Assembly (NCBI RefSeq): GCF_052425735.1
Contig: NC_135767.1
Location: 14,818,001-14,882,000 of the forward strand
Source of the DNA: Oculina patagonica
Taxonomy: Eukaryota
Reading direction: 5' to 3'
Length of the DNA: 64,000 bases
Positions 14,101-25,100 of this stretch are shown here, in pieces. A model generated the notes under the pieces. The model had not been told where the DNA came from, did not search any database, and worked only from the letters and a program-made list of their open reading frames with translations. How positions within the stretch are numbered: position 1 is the first letter of the stretch; each line of letters opens with the position of its first letter. A program made the position numbers and the translations under genes.

Positions 14101-14839
14101 GAATGGACTTTTCAATAAATAACGTAAATTGACCTTAGGCAACCTCTAAGAAAAGACTAAAATTACCACACAGTAAGAGGAAAAGACTTATTTACACACG
14201 GATGCAAAAGAGAATATAAAGAGCGGAGGCTATAGAGAGATGGTTCGCTAGCTAGTTTGAAATGTTAGAGTACGATGGAAAAGGATCGTTAGCGGCGAAT
14301 TTTTAAGTAAAGCATCCGCTAGGAGTCGAAAGTAGAAATTGTCTGTAACACACTTAATATATTCAGCACTACCATAGTGAAAACGCAAATAATAATTCAG
14401 TGATAATAACTTACCAGAGCGGCGGCGGCGGCGACCTGAAAAGAAATAAAATAACAAATTAATAAATACACTTTACATGCTTGCAAACTATTTGTTTTAA
14501 TTTTCGTTATTATAAGTGCTATTAGGTGTAGTCTTGTAGTTTGATGGCTCTTAGGGTCGATATATAGCGTTTTTCATTTATAAAAGAAAGGGGGAAGAAG
14601 GACGCAAAGGGTTAAAACTCACCAGACCAACCAGACCAACCCCATCCTCCGCCTCCGCCTCCGCCTGGTGCAACCCCAGGTCGCAAAGGTGGTGAAGTAG
14701 TTGGTTTTGGCGAACTAGCACCGGATGAAAATGACATTAACGCGTTTCTTGTATCATCTAACGGAGAAGTGTAGAGGTTTTGGGTAAACACCAGATTGGT
14801 CAGAGCTGTCACAAGTGCAAGGCAAAAAATTGCCTTCAT
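2839..14839 (-). CDS. VWA7-like secreted protein, gene A (5 exons, ~703 aa)
   Basis: Exons 14839-14623, 14435-14415, 5938-5429, 4617-3823 and 3407-2839. All introns are GT-AG and phase 1, and the exons sum to 2112 nt in frame. Signal peptide MKAIFCLALVTALTNLVFT. vWA MIDAS-type motifs FAIDDTGSM, GGDCPE and VFTDA as in VWA7/hemicentin, then beta-rich C-terminal domains. An upstream in-frame ATG at 14872 is also possible. Confidence 0.85.
4733..5203. mobile_element. piggyBac-like MITE in gene A intron 3
   Basis: Termini CCCTA...TAGGG flanked by tcaa/TTAA, with internal poly-G tracts. Confidence 0.5.
6092..6291. mobile_element. Kolobok-like MITE
   Basis: TTAA-agagcagtgtcac ... gtgacatacctcct-TTAA: imperfect TIR with TTAA TSD. 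Confidence 0.5.
6723..8031. mobile_element. Non-autonomous DNA transposon (~1.3 kb) with ~27-bp TIRs
   Basis: atatctgacttgatttataaaaaggtg (6723) versus caccttttatcaaatcaagtcagatat (ends 8031). Confidence 0.7.
6944..7316. repeat. 185-bp direct tandem duplication inside the TIR element
   Basis: Two copies starting aagtcttacgatttgc at 6944 and 7129; I found only one mismatch (ggtttttag / ggtctttag). Confidence 0.9.
8615..9113. mobile_element. PIF/Harbinger-type MITE
   Basis: TIR (t/g)ggcctgattacatgagccgggctgg ... ccagcccggctcatgtaatcaggccc, TTA on both sides, many internal gccggg sub-repeats. Confidence 0.8.
9850..13980 (-). mobile_element. Decayed Ty3/Gypsy LTR retrotransposon (gag, RT, RNase H, integrase remnants)
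   Basis: Minus-strand fragments: gag/zinc knuckle CPAYGKQSLKCGKYNHYAPC (~12810-12875); RT STKLNLRQRYHQLTLDPTTRAVTTFST (~12180-12260); RNase H EASFNEGLSA and RYSQTE (~11560-11690); integrase IFATYG..SNNGAPF (~10650-10710). Many stops and frameshifts. LTRs not identified, so boundaries are approximate. Confidence 0.8.
14415..14435 (-). CDS. 21-nt micro-exon of gene A encoding (G)RRRRRS
   Basis: Minus strand reads ttttcag|GTCGCCGCCGCCGCCGCTCTG|gtaagt: strong acceptor and donor, phase 1-1, frame preserving. Confidence 0.75.
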
Positions 14840-17800
14840 GTTGACGTGGAAAAACACACTTTGGGCCTTCATCGATTCTGCTAACCTCTGCTGAAAACTG
14901 AGCGTTTTCGGTAAATTTAAATCAAAATCCTCAACAAACAAAATTTAATGTTTGTTTCTCATAAGTAGGTTACCAGAAAAGTGAACGCGTATAATTCTTT
15001 TGTGGCATCTGTCAGCAAATTGAAAATATTTGGAGTAGCAGTATTTATGAAATCATTATCAAGTCTTTCGGAATTGCAAACTGACTAAACTGTTACGGAG
15101 AAACTTTCGGGTTTACAAACTGACTACAATTGTTACGGAGGGAACGAGAATTGACCGTCCACAATCGACATGTAGCCGTGATACAATAGTGTATTGAAAG
15201 TGAGGCTTTGTCAACGTCTTCACCCTGACTTTTTTTTTATTAGTTCACATTAAAATCAATATTTACCCGTGAACTGAGTCCCCTTATTGTCGAACGATCA
15301 ATGTTTACACGACTGTCTTCCACCTCTTTTTAATAGTCCAATGTATGACTGGGTAACCCGCCAGAGGACAAACAACTATCAAACTATTATGTGGAATTAT
15401 AATAAAATATCATAAGTTAAGAAAAGATGCACGTCATAAGGAATATTTCTGAGCAATAAACTGATAGAAGTTTTTTTTTTGGAAAATCTGACAATCTGGA
15501 GTATTTTGCTAGTACACCAGTATACTTTTGGTTTTTCTTCAGTGACCTAGCTTGGTTGCTATGGCTTTGTATGTTTTGAAACGTCCGTCATGATCACGAA
15601 AAGAATCTAGGCGCTAATAAATAAAGTGAACTTATTTATAGATAAGCGCTGTTATAAAAATTTTAACCAAATTTATTAACCTCGGCCATTGTTTTGGTTG
15701 CATGACCTAAATTCATATTAATGTTTGAGTGAATGCTGTAGAATGGAACATTTCATTTCAAGGCTAACCAAGTGGATTTTTCGTGGGTGCTTCATCTTTG
15801 AATTCATGGGCTCTTACATTTACTCCCTCGCCTTCTAAGTCATTACCACTTGAACGTATTTTCGCTACACACCAGTCTGATATCCATCGATACGTTCTCG
15901 GTATTTGCAGCGCCTAAGCGAGACGAAAATTCCTACCGAGGAAATATCAGGGAAAAAGAAACAGTTTCATGAGAAATAAAGTATTTTTACTGCAAATTTC
16001 TACCGAGGCAAGTGAAAGAAAAGAGAAAAAAATCGAAGAAAGCTCTGGGGAAGAAGACAGTCTTTGTTTTGAAAATAGAGGTTAAAAAATTGGGTAAAAC
16101 TTACTGAAAATTAAATAACTATTAAAACTTCACAACAGTCGGCGCCGTTGGAATGAGAGTTATCAGCAAAAACAAACATCAGCTCACCATATTTGTTATT
16201 TCCAATGTTTCCAAATAACAATTCAAGTAAGATTGAAGTCACTATTTCCAAAGGGTCGCTTACTTTTATCAGTGAAATTTATCACTACTCTTGGTCGGAA
16301 CCTTAAAGGTTCTTATTAGTGTTTTATTGCATTTCCATATACATTCACCAAATGTCAAGCTGATTAAACCTATTATTAATACATTATTATTAAACGGGCT
16401 GTATTAGGAGTATAAGGTCATCGTCGAAACGCACCGAGGGGTTTACTTAAATAAGCGATTTCAAACAGGCGGAGCTTGGCTACAGAGTATCCTACTCTTG
16501 GGAATGGTAGAAAATTCTACACCGTCTATGCAATATATCTCAGATGGCTTGATTCTTCACTATTCTCTCGATCGTTCACACGGCACAGTCTTCGCTGACG
16601 CGTGAGCAACCACATGTACCCTTGTTAACTTATGCCTTCTATTTTCGTTTATTTTAAGTGCATTCTTAAAGGGATGGGTCACTCATCGTATACCACACAA
16701 TTTTGCTTGCGAAAATTTCAAAGGTCATTTAAATTGAATTCTAAGCCTTGCGTTAAAAGGCGCCAGTAAGGTCCAATTGATAAGTCGCATTTTAGTCGTG
16801 TCGAATTTAAATCGAGTGCCAGAAACCGCTTTTAATCAAATAAATAACTAAAAAACACAGATAACAACAAATTTGAAATTTTCGTTGATTCCAGGATGTA
16901 CTCCAAAGTAGTTGAATCGATTAATATTAGCGATTGTGGCGGCCTGGAATATTCAACACAACTAAAATGCGACATAAAAAAGACGTAATTTCCACGGGCT
17001 TCCCCTGCTTCCATTACTGCGACATTTACTGTGACAATTAATTTGTGTTTAGACAAGTAGTTTAGGAAATAAGTTTCTAACAAAATGATTTTTTTTTTAA
17101 CTGTAGACCCCAAAGGTGATGTAAAGAAAAAGACGTGCCATACACCATACAGTCAAGCAGGAAGTAACGATATCGTGTTTGTAACAAATCAACGAAGGTA
17201 CGCTATGATGTTATAGGGGTCAAAGCAGACCACATTTATGGTCGGCTTCTCGGATGGGTTGTGCATGCAATTAGGCTTGTTTACATGAAAAATTGCTTTT
17301 GGCCATGCATCTCTGAGTGTGCCATTTTCGGTTGCTCGCCAGATGACAAAAAAATAAAGATGTTACGTCATTTTTTTAGCTCGTTAAATGAATGACTTAC
17401 ATTATATAACGTACTATCTCAGGTAAAATCGGTTAAACATAACTGGGAAATTGCCATCAGCGTCCAGCGTGAAAACGCGGAAGCAAAATTGAATGGAAAG
17501 GGTTTTTCTTGTTTGAATACTAACTTGCTTAGCTTAAGCGACAAAATGACATGGGCTTTTCACGAAATTGATACGCTTGTCATGTTATTGATTTGCTCAG
17601 TCCTTTGTTATAGTTTCATAACAAAGGCCAATATTTTTTTCAGTGTCCGGCTTTCAGCTTTGTTAAATAGAGAACTCAAAATTGATTGGCAAAGGCGCCA
17701 GAGAATAAACATAAATCTTCATATACAGTGGTAAAATTCTTATTACCTAAAATGTCGCAAATTAAACTCGTTACCCTTGTAAAAAGCCGTTATCGAATAA

Positions 17801-19960
17801 TAAACTCTGCAAGCTTTGTCTTCTGTAAATATGAACACTGACACTTTTACAGTTTTGGTAGAACGGTCAGCGTGGTTCCCAACGTTCCTTTGAATGTGTT
17901 TAGTCGCTACGTGTTGCTGAAAACATGACAAAATCGGCAAGGTAGTATAAACCGCGAAATAAAATAATTGCCAGTCTTAGAGTGATAGCGGCAACTTTTC
18001 CATCCTGCCATATATATACAGCAAAACACGTCCCGCTTCGAAACGTTACGGTAACAGTTTCGACCACATTTCGGTGCGAATCCTCGGGAAAAATAACGTC
18101 AGCGGAATTTGATTTGATGGATATGCGGCAATGCGAGGCGCAAGAACTCAAACTTTAGAACTAGGTAGGAAAAACGTATCAGAAAATCAGGAATTTCGAT
18201 GTCAAATAACTTTCATAAAAAAAGACTTTTTTGCGTTATATTTTTAATCATAAACGTTAAATATTAGGTATGTGTTTTAACGTATATAAAACTTGAAAAT
18301 TACGGCGCTTTCTACTTCGTTTCGTGAAACCTTTGCCCCATTTTCAAAATGGCGGATTTTCCTGCGAAAACCTCTATGGCAGAAATCAAATATTCACTAG
18401 AATAACGATAATCGTATGGCGCGCGAGTTTTCGTCAAGAAAGGAAGAGCAGGCAAACATAGCAAAATACTAAATACTGCGAGACTAAATTGAGCTAATAA
18501 TCATTAGCTGATAATTATTTTAAAGATGGCGGAAGCATAACAAAAGTGAAAAGTCTGTTAGTTGCCGTGTTCTCGATGCACCGAGAGCACGAGAGGTAGA
18601 GCTCGGATTTTAGATCCGAGCTGGACTCAATCTACGAGTACAGGATGTTGCCGCGCACGTTTATAAGCGATCTAGAGCGAAAGCGACATCCATTTTTGCA
18701 ACATCCAGAAAGCGTTTCGTTACTCAGCACTTTGAGAGCAGTGCAATCAACAACGATACATGCAACGATTGCCTGAGGATAATGATGCCATTTACTGATT
18801 GCAAAAGTATTAGCTAGTACCTTTCAAGAAATTGTTTTCTCGTTCTTGGCATCCCATCATTTGAGCAAAACTTCAAAGTGATATGACGGCGGCTTCCAGG
18901 TTTTCCCTGACCATAATTGTTCGCGCAATAGCTGAACCTTTCTGGCATCGTGGTCATCTAGCTAAAGGCTTCTATTAATTATAAACATCAATTCTCACAG
19001 CTGTCTTTGTTACCGATAAATGATGAAACAACATTTCGACCCGAGCCGTCACGTACAATAATTGCACAGTAACTGTTTATTTTAGAAAGTCCGCTGAATG
19101 CACAGTGAGCGCGCCGTCTTAAAAGAAGACTGGCACGAGGCAGTCACGCCACTGATATGGTTGAAAGCACTTTCGTTTTAAAGTTTTAAACTGACGCAAA
19201 TTAAAAAAAAAAAGATGCGTGCGTACTGCTGAGAACAAGCTGAAAGTTGAAGCTTGGAAACAAAATTAAAGCGAATATAAACCACCTTGATATACTAAAA
19301 TGTATTAGGAATCGCAAATAAATATAAACGAAGAATTTGGAAGACGCAGTTAGACAATTCGACTCGGCATGAACTTTAGATATCCTTCGGTGAAAGACAT
19401 GCAAAAAGGTGTTTACATATTTAACAATATAAACGAAGTAAAGGTGTTTTTGATTTCTCTGAAGTTATATACCCTAAGTGCGCCCATCTTTTGGGAGGGG
19501 AGGTCGCATAATCCGAATATTGTTTAAACAATTCTAAAAGCTTCTGCTAGCGTTAAATAAGCCGTCAAAACTCACACACCCTCGAGCTTTCTATCACTTC
19601 ATTGAAGAATAGATTTTATTCATAACGTTAAACAGAATGGAATTGTCTTTCCGCTTAAATAGTCCCAAACAAGAGGAAATTTTGATAACATTTACAAGTT
19701 GAATGATGTCATATTTGATTGCTCGCTATCTTTCAATCTGTTCGTGGTTTCCAGCAAGTTGTTTCTGTTCCTTCTGTTATGAATACTGAATTATAATGTA
19801 TTTAACTATTTGATCAACTTTTCAACATCAGCTACTTCATACCGGCGCAATGCCTCGCTAAGCTCAAGCTGAATTTCGCTAATTCTGTTAATTAAGTATT
19901 TTTGACCTCTTTAAACGTATAATTACCAGCATAAAATTAAACTTAACAACTGTTATTGCT

Positions 19961-20986
19961 TCAGCTTAGAACGATTATCTCTTCGGGATCTTCTCTGTCT
20001 TGCACGATTCTCGATCGCACTCTTTCCTCTTTCTGCGGTCGCCTGCCAGACGAAGCGATGCTAGAAACATCATCCATGCGACTAGACTGCATGGATTGTA
20101 TCACGCTTCCAGATTCCTCTGTGTTCGCTGGAGTGAGACCATTCACAGTAGGTAGCTCGTGTTCTTGTTCTTGTTCTTGTTCTTGATCGTGTGCACAGCA
20201 ATCAAAATTCACTCTGATAAAGCTTGTGACTATGATTAAAAGATTTTTAAAGGCAAATACTGAAGCTCCAGTTTTATATGTATAGTGAAGCACGAGTCGG
20301 ATCACCAGAAATGGGAGGTTAACAACAATCGCCTGCACAAGAATATATACTATATAAATTTTCACTTGTGTCTTATTGCCTTCATCTGTGTTCCTCAGCG
20401 CCTCCCTGACGGGTATTGCAAAGCTAAAAGTTAGAATGACAAGGCTTACAATGGCAAACGCACAAATGCAGTAGTGTATATCCTTCGGTAAAATTTCATT
20501 CTTTCTCGGATCAATGATTGCATCCAAAAGATTTATAATATCAAAGATGTCGACGATAACGGGCCAGTTTAGTTTCATGTGCAGTTTAGGTTCAAATTCT
20601 CCAGCATCTAACAGCATGTACACCAGAACTGTAGCAGATAAAGGATATTTAATGAACCCGTGGTCGAGTCCTGGAGAGTCCACGTTGATCTTAGACATTA
20701 ACGTGCCCAGAATCCACCCGGAATGAATACAAAGCGGTAAGATATATAGAAACCAGACACCAGCCGCCACCTCGCGCTGCCGATAGTTCATCTGTCCCTT
20801 AGCCCAGAGAAGAATCATTGGAACGTAAGTGAGTGTAAACGCTTGAAACGATGAGTTGTTCTCGTATGTAACCAGGTACTGATTAAGCAACAAGACCTGA
20901 ACAAGCAAGATCGAAACGAAGAGGCATCTTCCGACCCACTTGAACAGCACAAGACGGCTGATTTTAAGCTTGACATGTTTATACAT
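19961..20986 (-). CDS. TMEM121/CECR6-family multi-pass membrane protein (single exon, 341 aa)
   Basis: Several hydrophobic helices with the motifs DIFDIINLL, VNLPFLVIRL and FAFKNLL typical of TMEM121/TMEM26-like proteins. Charged C-terminal tail with (EQ)n. Confidence 0.7.
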   Translation of the reverse strand: MYKHVKLKISRLVLFKWVGRCLFVSILLVQVLLLNQYLVTYENNSSFQAFTLTYVPMILLWAKGQMNYRQREVAAGVWFLYILPLCIHSGWILGTLMSKINVDSPGLDHGFIKYPLSATVLVYMLLDAGEFEPKLHMKLNWPVIVDIFDIINLLDAIIDPRKNEILPKDIHYCICAFAIVSLVILTFSFAIPVREALRNTDEGNKTQVKIYIVYILVQAIVVNLPFLVIRLVLHYTYKTGASVFAFKNLLIIVTSFIRVNFDCCAHDQEQEQEQEHELPTVNGLTPANTEESGSVIQSMQSSRMDDVSSIASSGRRPQKEERVRSRIVQDREDPEEIIVLS

Positions 20987-22175
20987 TGTGCCGTGTTTTT
21001 ATAAGAAAGACTGAGCGGTTTAAGGAGATAAACAACGGACCCCTTAACCCAGGATTCATTGCAGCATTCTTATGTAAATACGTGCGTGTCCACTCGATTG
21101 GAAAGATACAGTAGATTCTAAATTAAGATACTTCACTGACAAGCAACAAGAAACACTTGTTGTGATTAACGGTTAAGGTTGATAAAAAGTTTACGTTATC
21201 TGAAGACGAATTGCTGCTAGCTAGTTAATGAGCTCTTCGTCTGGGCAACAGACAAAGGATTAAAGGGGCCGCGAATCTTCGGTGACTGTTTACAATGAAT
21301 AGATTTTTTTATAAAACAAACTGAAACGTCAAAAACATTTATCAAGATATAAAGGCAGCCAAAAAACAGTGAAAGACAAAAGCGGGGGTATGTTCTTGGG
21401 AAACGATTGAAACAGATTGCAAACAAAGATTTTTTTCTTGACGATTCACAGTCGAGAGTCAAATAACCAAAATGTCGAACATCTTTACAAACAGGGTCAG
21501 ATTAGTAGCGCTTCGGCATTTGAAGGATATTGGTTGAATAAACAAATAAAAACCAGTTAAATTTATCAAAAAGCAATATATGGCGCCGCTGTGGATGCTG
21601 TAGAAGCAGAGAAAAACCGACTGTTCAACCCACGATTCCACCTTTACCCACAGCCCCCATCAGCACAATGTTAACAGGTGTGCCCCGGCCCCAGTCCTCT
21701 ACTGCAAAGGAACAAAATGAGCTTTTCAATGTTGAAAAGGTTTTTTTTTTTACGTTGGGACGCTAACGTTGTCACAAGTAGTTTAATGATTCGACGAACA
21801 AATCTTGCGTTTGGTACATGAATCGGCCCAAAGGGTAGTAAGATAGTTGTAAGAAAAGGCACAGGCCAGTAGGTTGTGAAAGGGGAAATAAAAAAAAATA
21901 AATAAATAAAACAAAACAAAACATAAAACATGCGCGACCCGCCGGCGTCTATACAGCAATTTTTTTTCTATTCGGTTTATTGTCCCTTTATTCGATACAT
22001 ATTTAATGTAGGAAAGAAAAGGAAATAAGAAATATATGTTATCGGATGACCTTCAGCCGAGCACTTTTAGACTGGAATCGAGACAGTTTAAGCTAGTAAG
22101 AAGTATAGGTGCTCAACATTGGCTTTTGCATCACGCTGATTTAAGCCCAATAAAACTGGTTTATTCATTTTATTT

Positions 22176-25100
22176 TTAAGATTCTGTAAATGTAACTGAA
22201 GCTACGGAAGTTGTAGTCTCTCTCTGACATTCATCATGGTTCCTCTTCATTAACCACTGCAGGGCGATTTCTAAGAAATGAAAAATGACAACGAACATAG
22301 TTTTTAAAATTAATTGACAGTCTAATTAGAGTTGCATTATAAAAAAAGAGGTTTGCATAATTTATCGTTAGTAGCATAATTATTGCGGTTTTCAGTGAAA
22401 TGCGAACTCTGATATTCAAAATCCAACTAACGATTGCGCCCTAACGACTAACGACAACTAACGATTGACGTTTTCGGCATACTGTATTTCACAGACTGGA
22501 CTGGACTGGACTGGACTAGTAAAACGCGGACTAGTAAAACGCGGACTAGTAAAACGCGGACTTGTAAAACGCGGACTTGTAAAAAGCGGACTTGTAAAAC
22601 GCGGACTAGTAAAACGCGGACTAGTAAAACGCGGACTGGTAAAACTCGGACAGCCAACGAATCATGAAAAAACAGAGACAAACAAAATGGATCGAAATCT
22701 ACCAATCGCAACTGACAGACGTGACCTTTTGACCCGGTTGAAGTGAGCTCCTGTTTCCCGAGAAGTCCACTAAGATGAAAAAAGCGTAAATCGTTGATTG
22801 AAGATTGAACTGCAATAATGTCATTTAACTTCAGAAGGATATGAGAAGACGGGCAACGTTATAAAAATAAACTTAACAGATCAGAAAGCAACTGACACGT
22901 GAACTTACCAATGTTATCATTTTCTTTGCAAGAAATACAATAGCAACTGATGTCTCTACCTTGAATGGAAGACAAATCCCTGCATCAAGGTAGAAGAGTA
23001 TCAATAAGTTACGAGTTAACGTTAACAAAAAAACAAGTTTACACTATATATGGATAGTGAGCACATATCTATATCTAATAAAGCCCTACTATTAGATTTT
23101 TAGGCAATGACGTTAAGTTATCGCCTTATGTTATGGGTCGGTGGATGGGTGCTGTTACGATCACTCCCACCGAGTAGCACTAAGAACTAAGTATTCGGTT
23201 GTTTACTTTTGGTGCGCCAGATCGGTTGGCCATTACTAATTGTCATGAATGTGATCATGAATCGTTTAAAACATGCAGCACGCCATGCCAAGTTTTACCT
23301 TCCACTTAAATGGTCGGCAGGTGGGAGCTAGGGATAAACACTCATTCCTGAAAAAAGTCCGGTCTAAATAATATCAAGGCATGGCTTAATAGAAGGAGAT
23401 GACTTAGGCCTGAACCACGCTATAATAATAATAATAAGAACTTTATTTAAGTGTCTATTCTTCTAGCTAGCCTTAAGCTTACTAATCGGGGACACTGTTT
23501 AAACTAAAATATAATATAAGTACAAAAACGATTCTGGTCTATTTACATTAAATTATGCTACATTTTCCAATACTCTTTGTATTTACATCTAATTCCTACA
23601 ATTAAGATACTACTTTAAAATACGGAATATCGAACCTATATTTAATACTTATAGGGTGGTTTCGGCTCAAGAGTTGCAAAGGTGACACCCTTTGCATGTG
23701 TCTCCTCCGACAAGTCCACTGAGTTCCCTTCCCCTGATGTTCGCCTTGAATCGCTGCAAGGACGTTTCGTTTTTGTCCCTATTGTCTAATTTCGACCACA
23801 TCAATGGCCCAAGGAAACGAAGGGAATGTTTCCCGTACTTGACAGTTCTTACTCTGGGTACGTAAAAATCTGAGTTCCTTAAGCTATAGCTCGAGGGTGA
23901 TCTAGGAAAAAGCTCTACTACGTTGCTAGGAAGTAATCTATGTTTCACTTTAAACATGAAAACTGCGATCTCTTGCAATCGTTTGTTATACAAGCTGGTC
24001 ATCCCCGCGCGTTTTAGGAGGTCACTATAGGAGGAGACCCGATCGCAGAATACTGTACGGAGTCCTCTCTCATTGATCCTCTCCAGTTTCCTTGTGTCGC
24101 TTGCTCGGCAGAAATGCCACACCAAGCTACAGTATGTTAGATGGGGTACTATTGCTGTCTTATAGATCTTCAATTTTGCATGTATGGGGATGAGGTTTTT
24201 CAGCCTTCGCAGGACGCCAATCATTTTGCTAGTCTTCAAGCAAACCTGCGATATAAATTATGTTCCGTAAAGTTAAGGTCTTTGTCGATGATCACGCCCA
24301 ACAGCTTAAATGCATCGGTGATATCAATTTTACTGTTGTTAATTACTAACTCCGTCTGTTGTGTATCTCTCGCTATTATCATCGCTTGGTATTTGCTGTA
24401 ATTGCCCTCCAGGAAGTTTGACTTGTACCAGCTAGATGTCTTTGCCCCATCTTTCTCAACTTCATCCATGGCTGTTCTTAATTCCTTGTTGGAGGAATAT
24501 AGCTGGTGGTCATCAGCATAAGCAGACAGTTGAGATTTTACGCCAGCGTAGAACAGATCATTTTGGTATATGTTCCACAGCAGTGGTCCCAGAGATGATC
24601 CCTGTGGGCAGCCCCGTTTAAGCGCCCCCCAAGCACTAGTAGAGTTACCTACTCTTGTTCTATTTTCTCGATTACTGAAGTACGATTGCATCAGTTTCAG
24701 TGCAGGATCTGATAGCCCGTACGCTTTCAAATAGCCCGTACGCTTTCGATAGCCCGTACGCTTTCAAAGCCCGTACGCTAGCGACATAACGATTTAACGG
24801 CAAGGTCACGCAAATGCAAAAACACCTCAAGTTGATGTTTTATGTGACCAGTGTCATAACAATTAACCTAACGACATAGTTGAAACATAATGACGACTTT
24901 ATGTAAATGTCATTATGTCGTTATGTCGCTGAACCAGGCCTTAATTATACTTAACTACCTGAGAATGACAAACGGTATGTCTTTGAGTAGTTTAAAACAT
25001 TTTTCAAATAGACTGATCTTAAGGAACTTAAAATTAATCGATGTACTATGGTCGAAAAACACAAAAAAGGAAACATTTAACATAGAATTTTACTAAAGAT

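Noticed and set aside
22448-22746. (RGLVK)n and (VRVLL)n ORFs
   Set aside because: Translations of the intronic 15-bp minisatellite.
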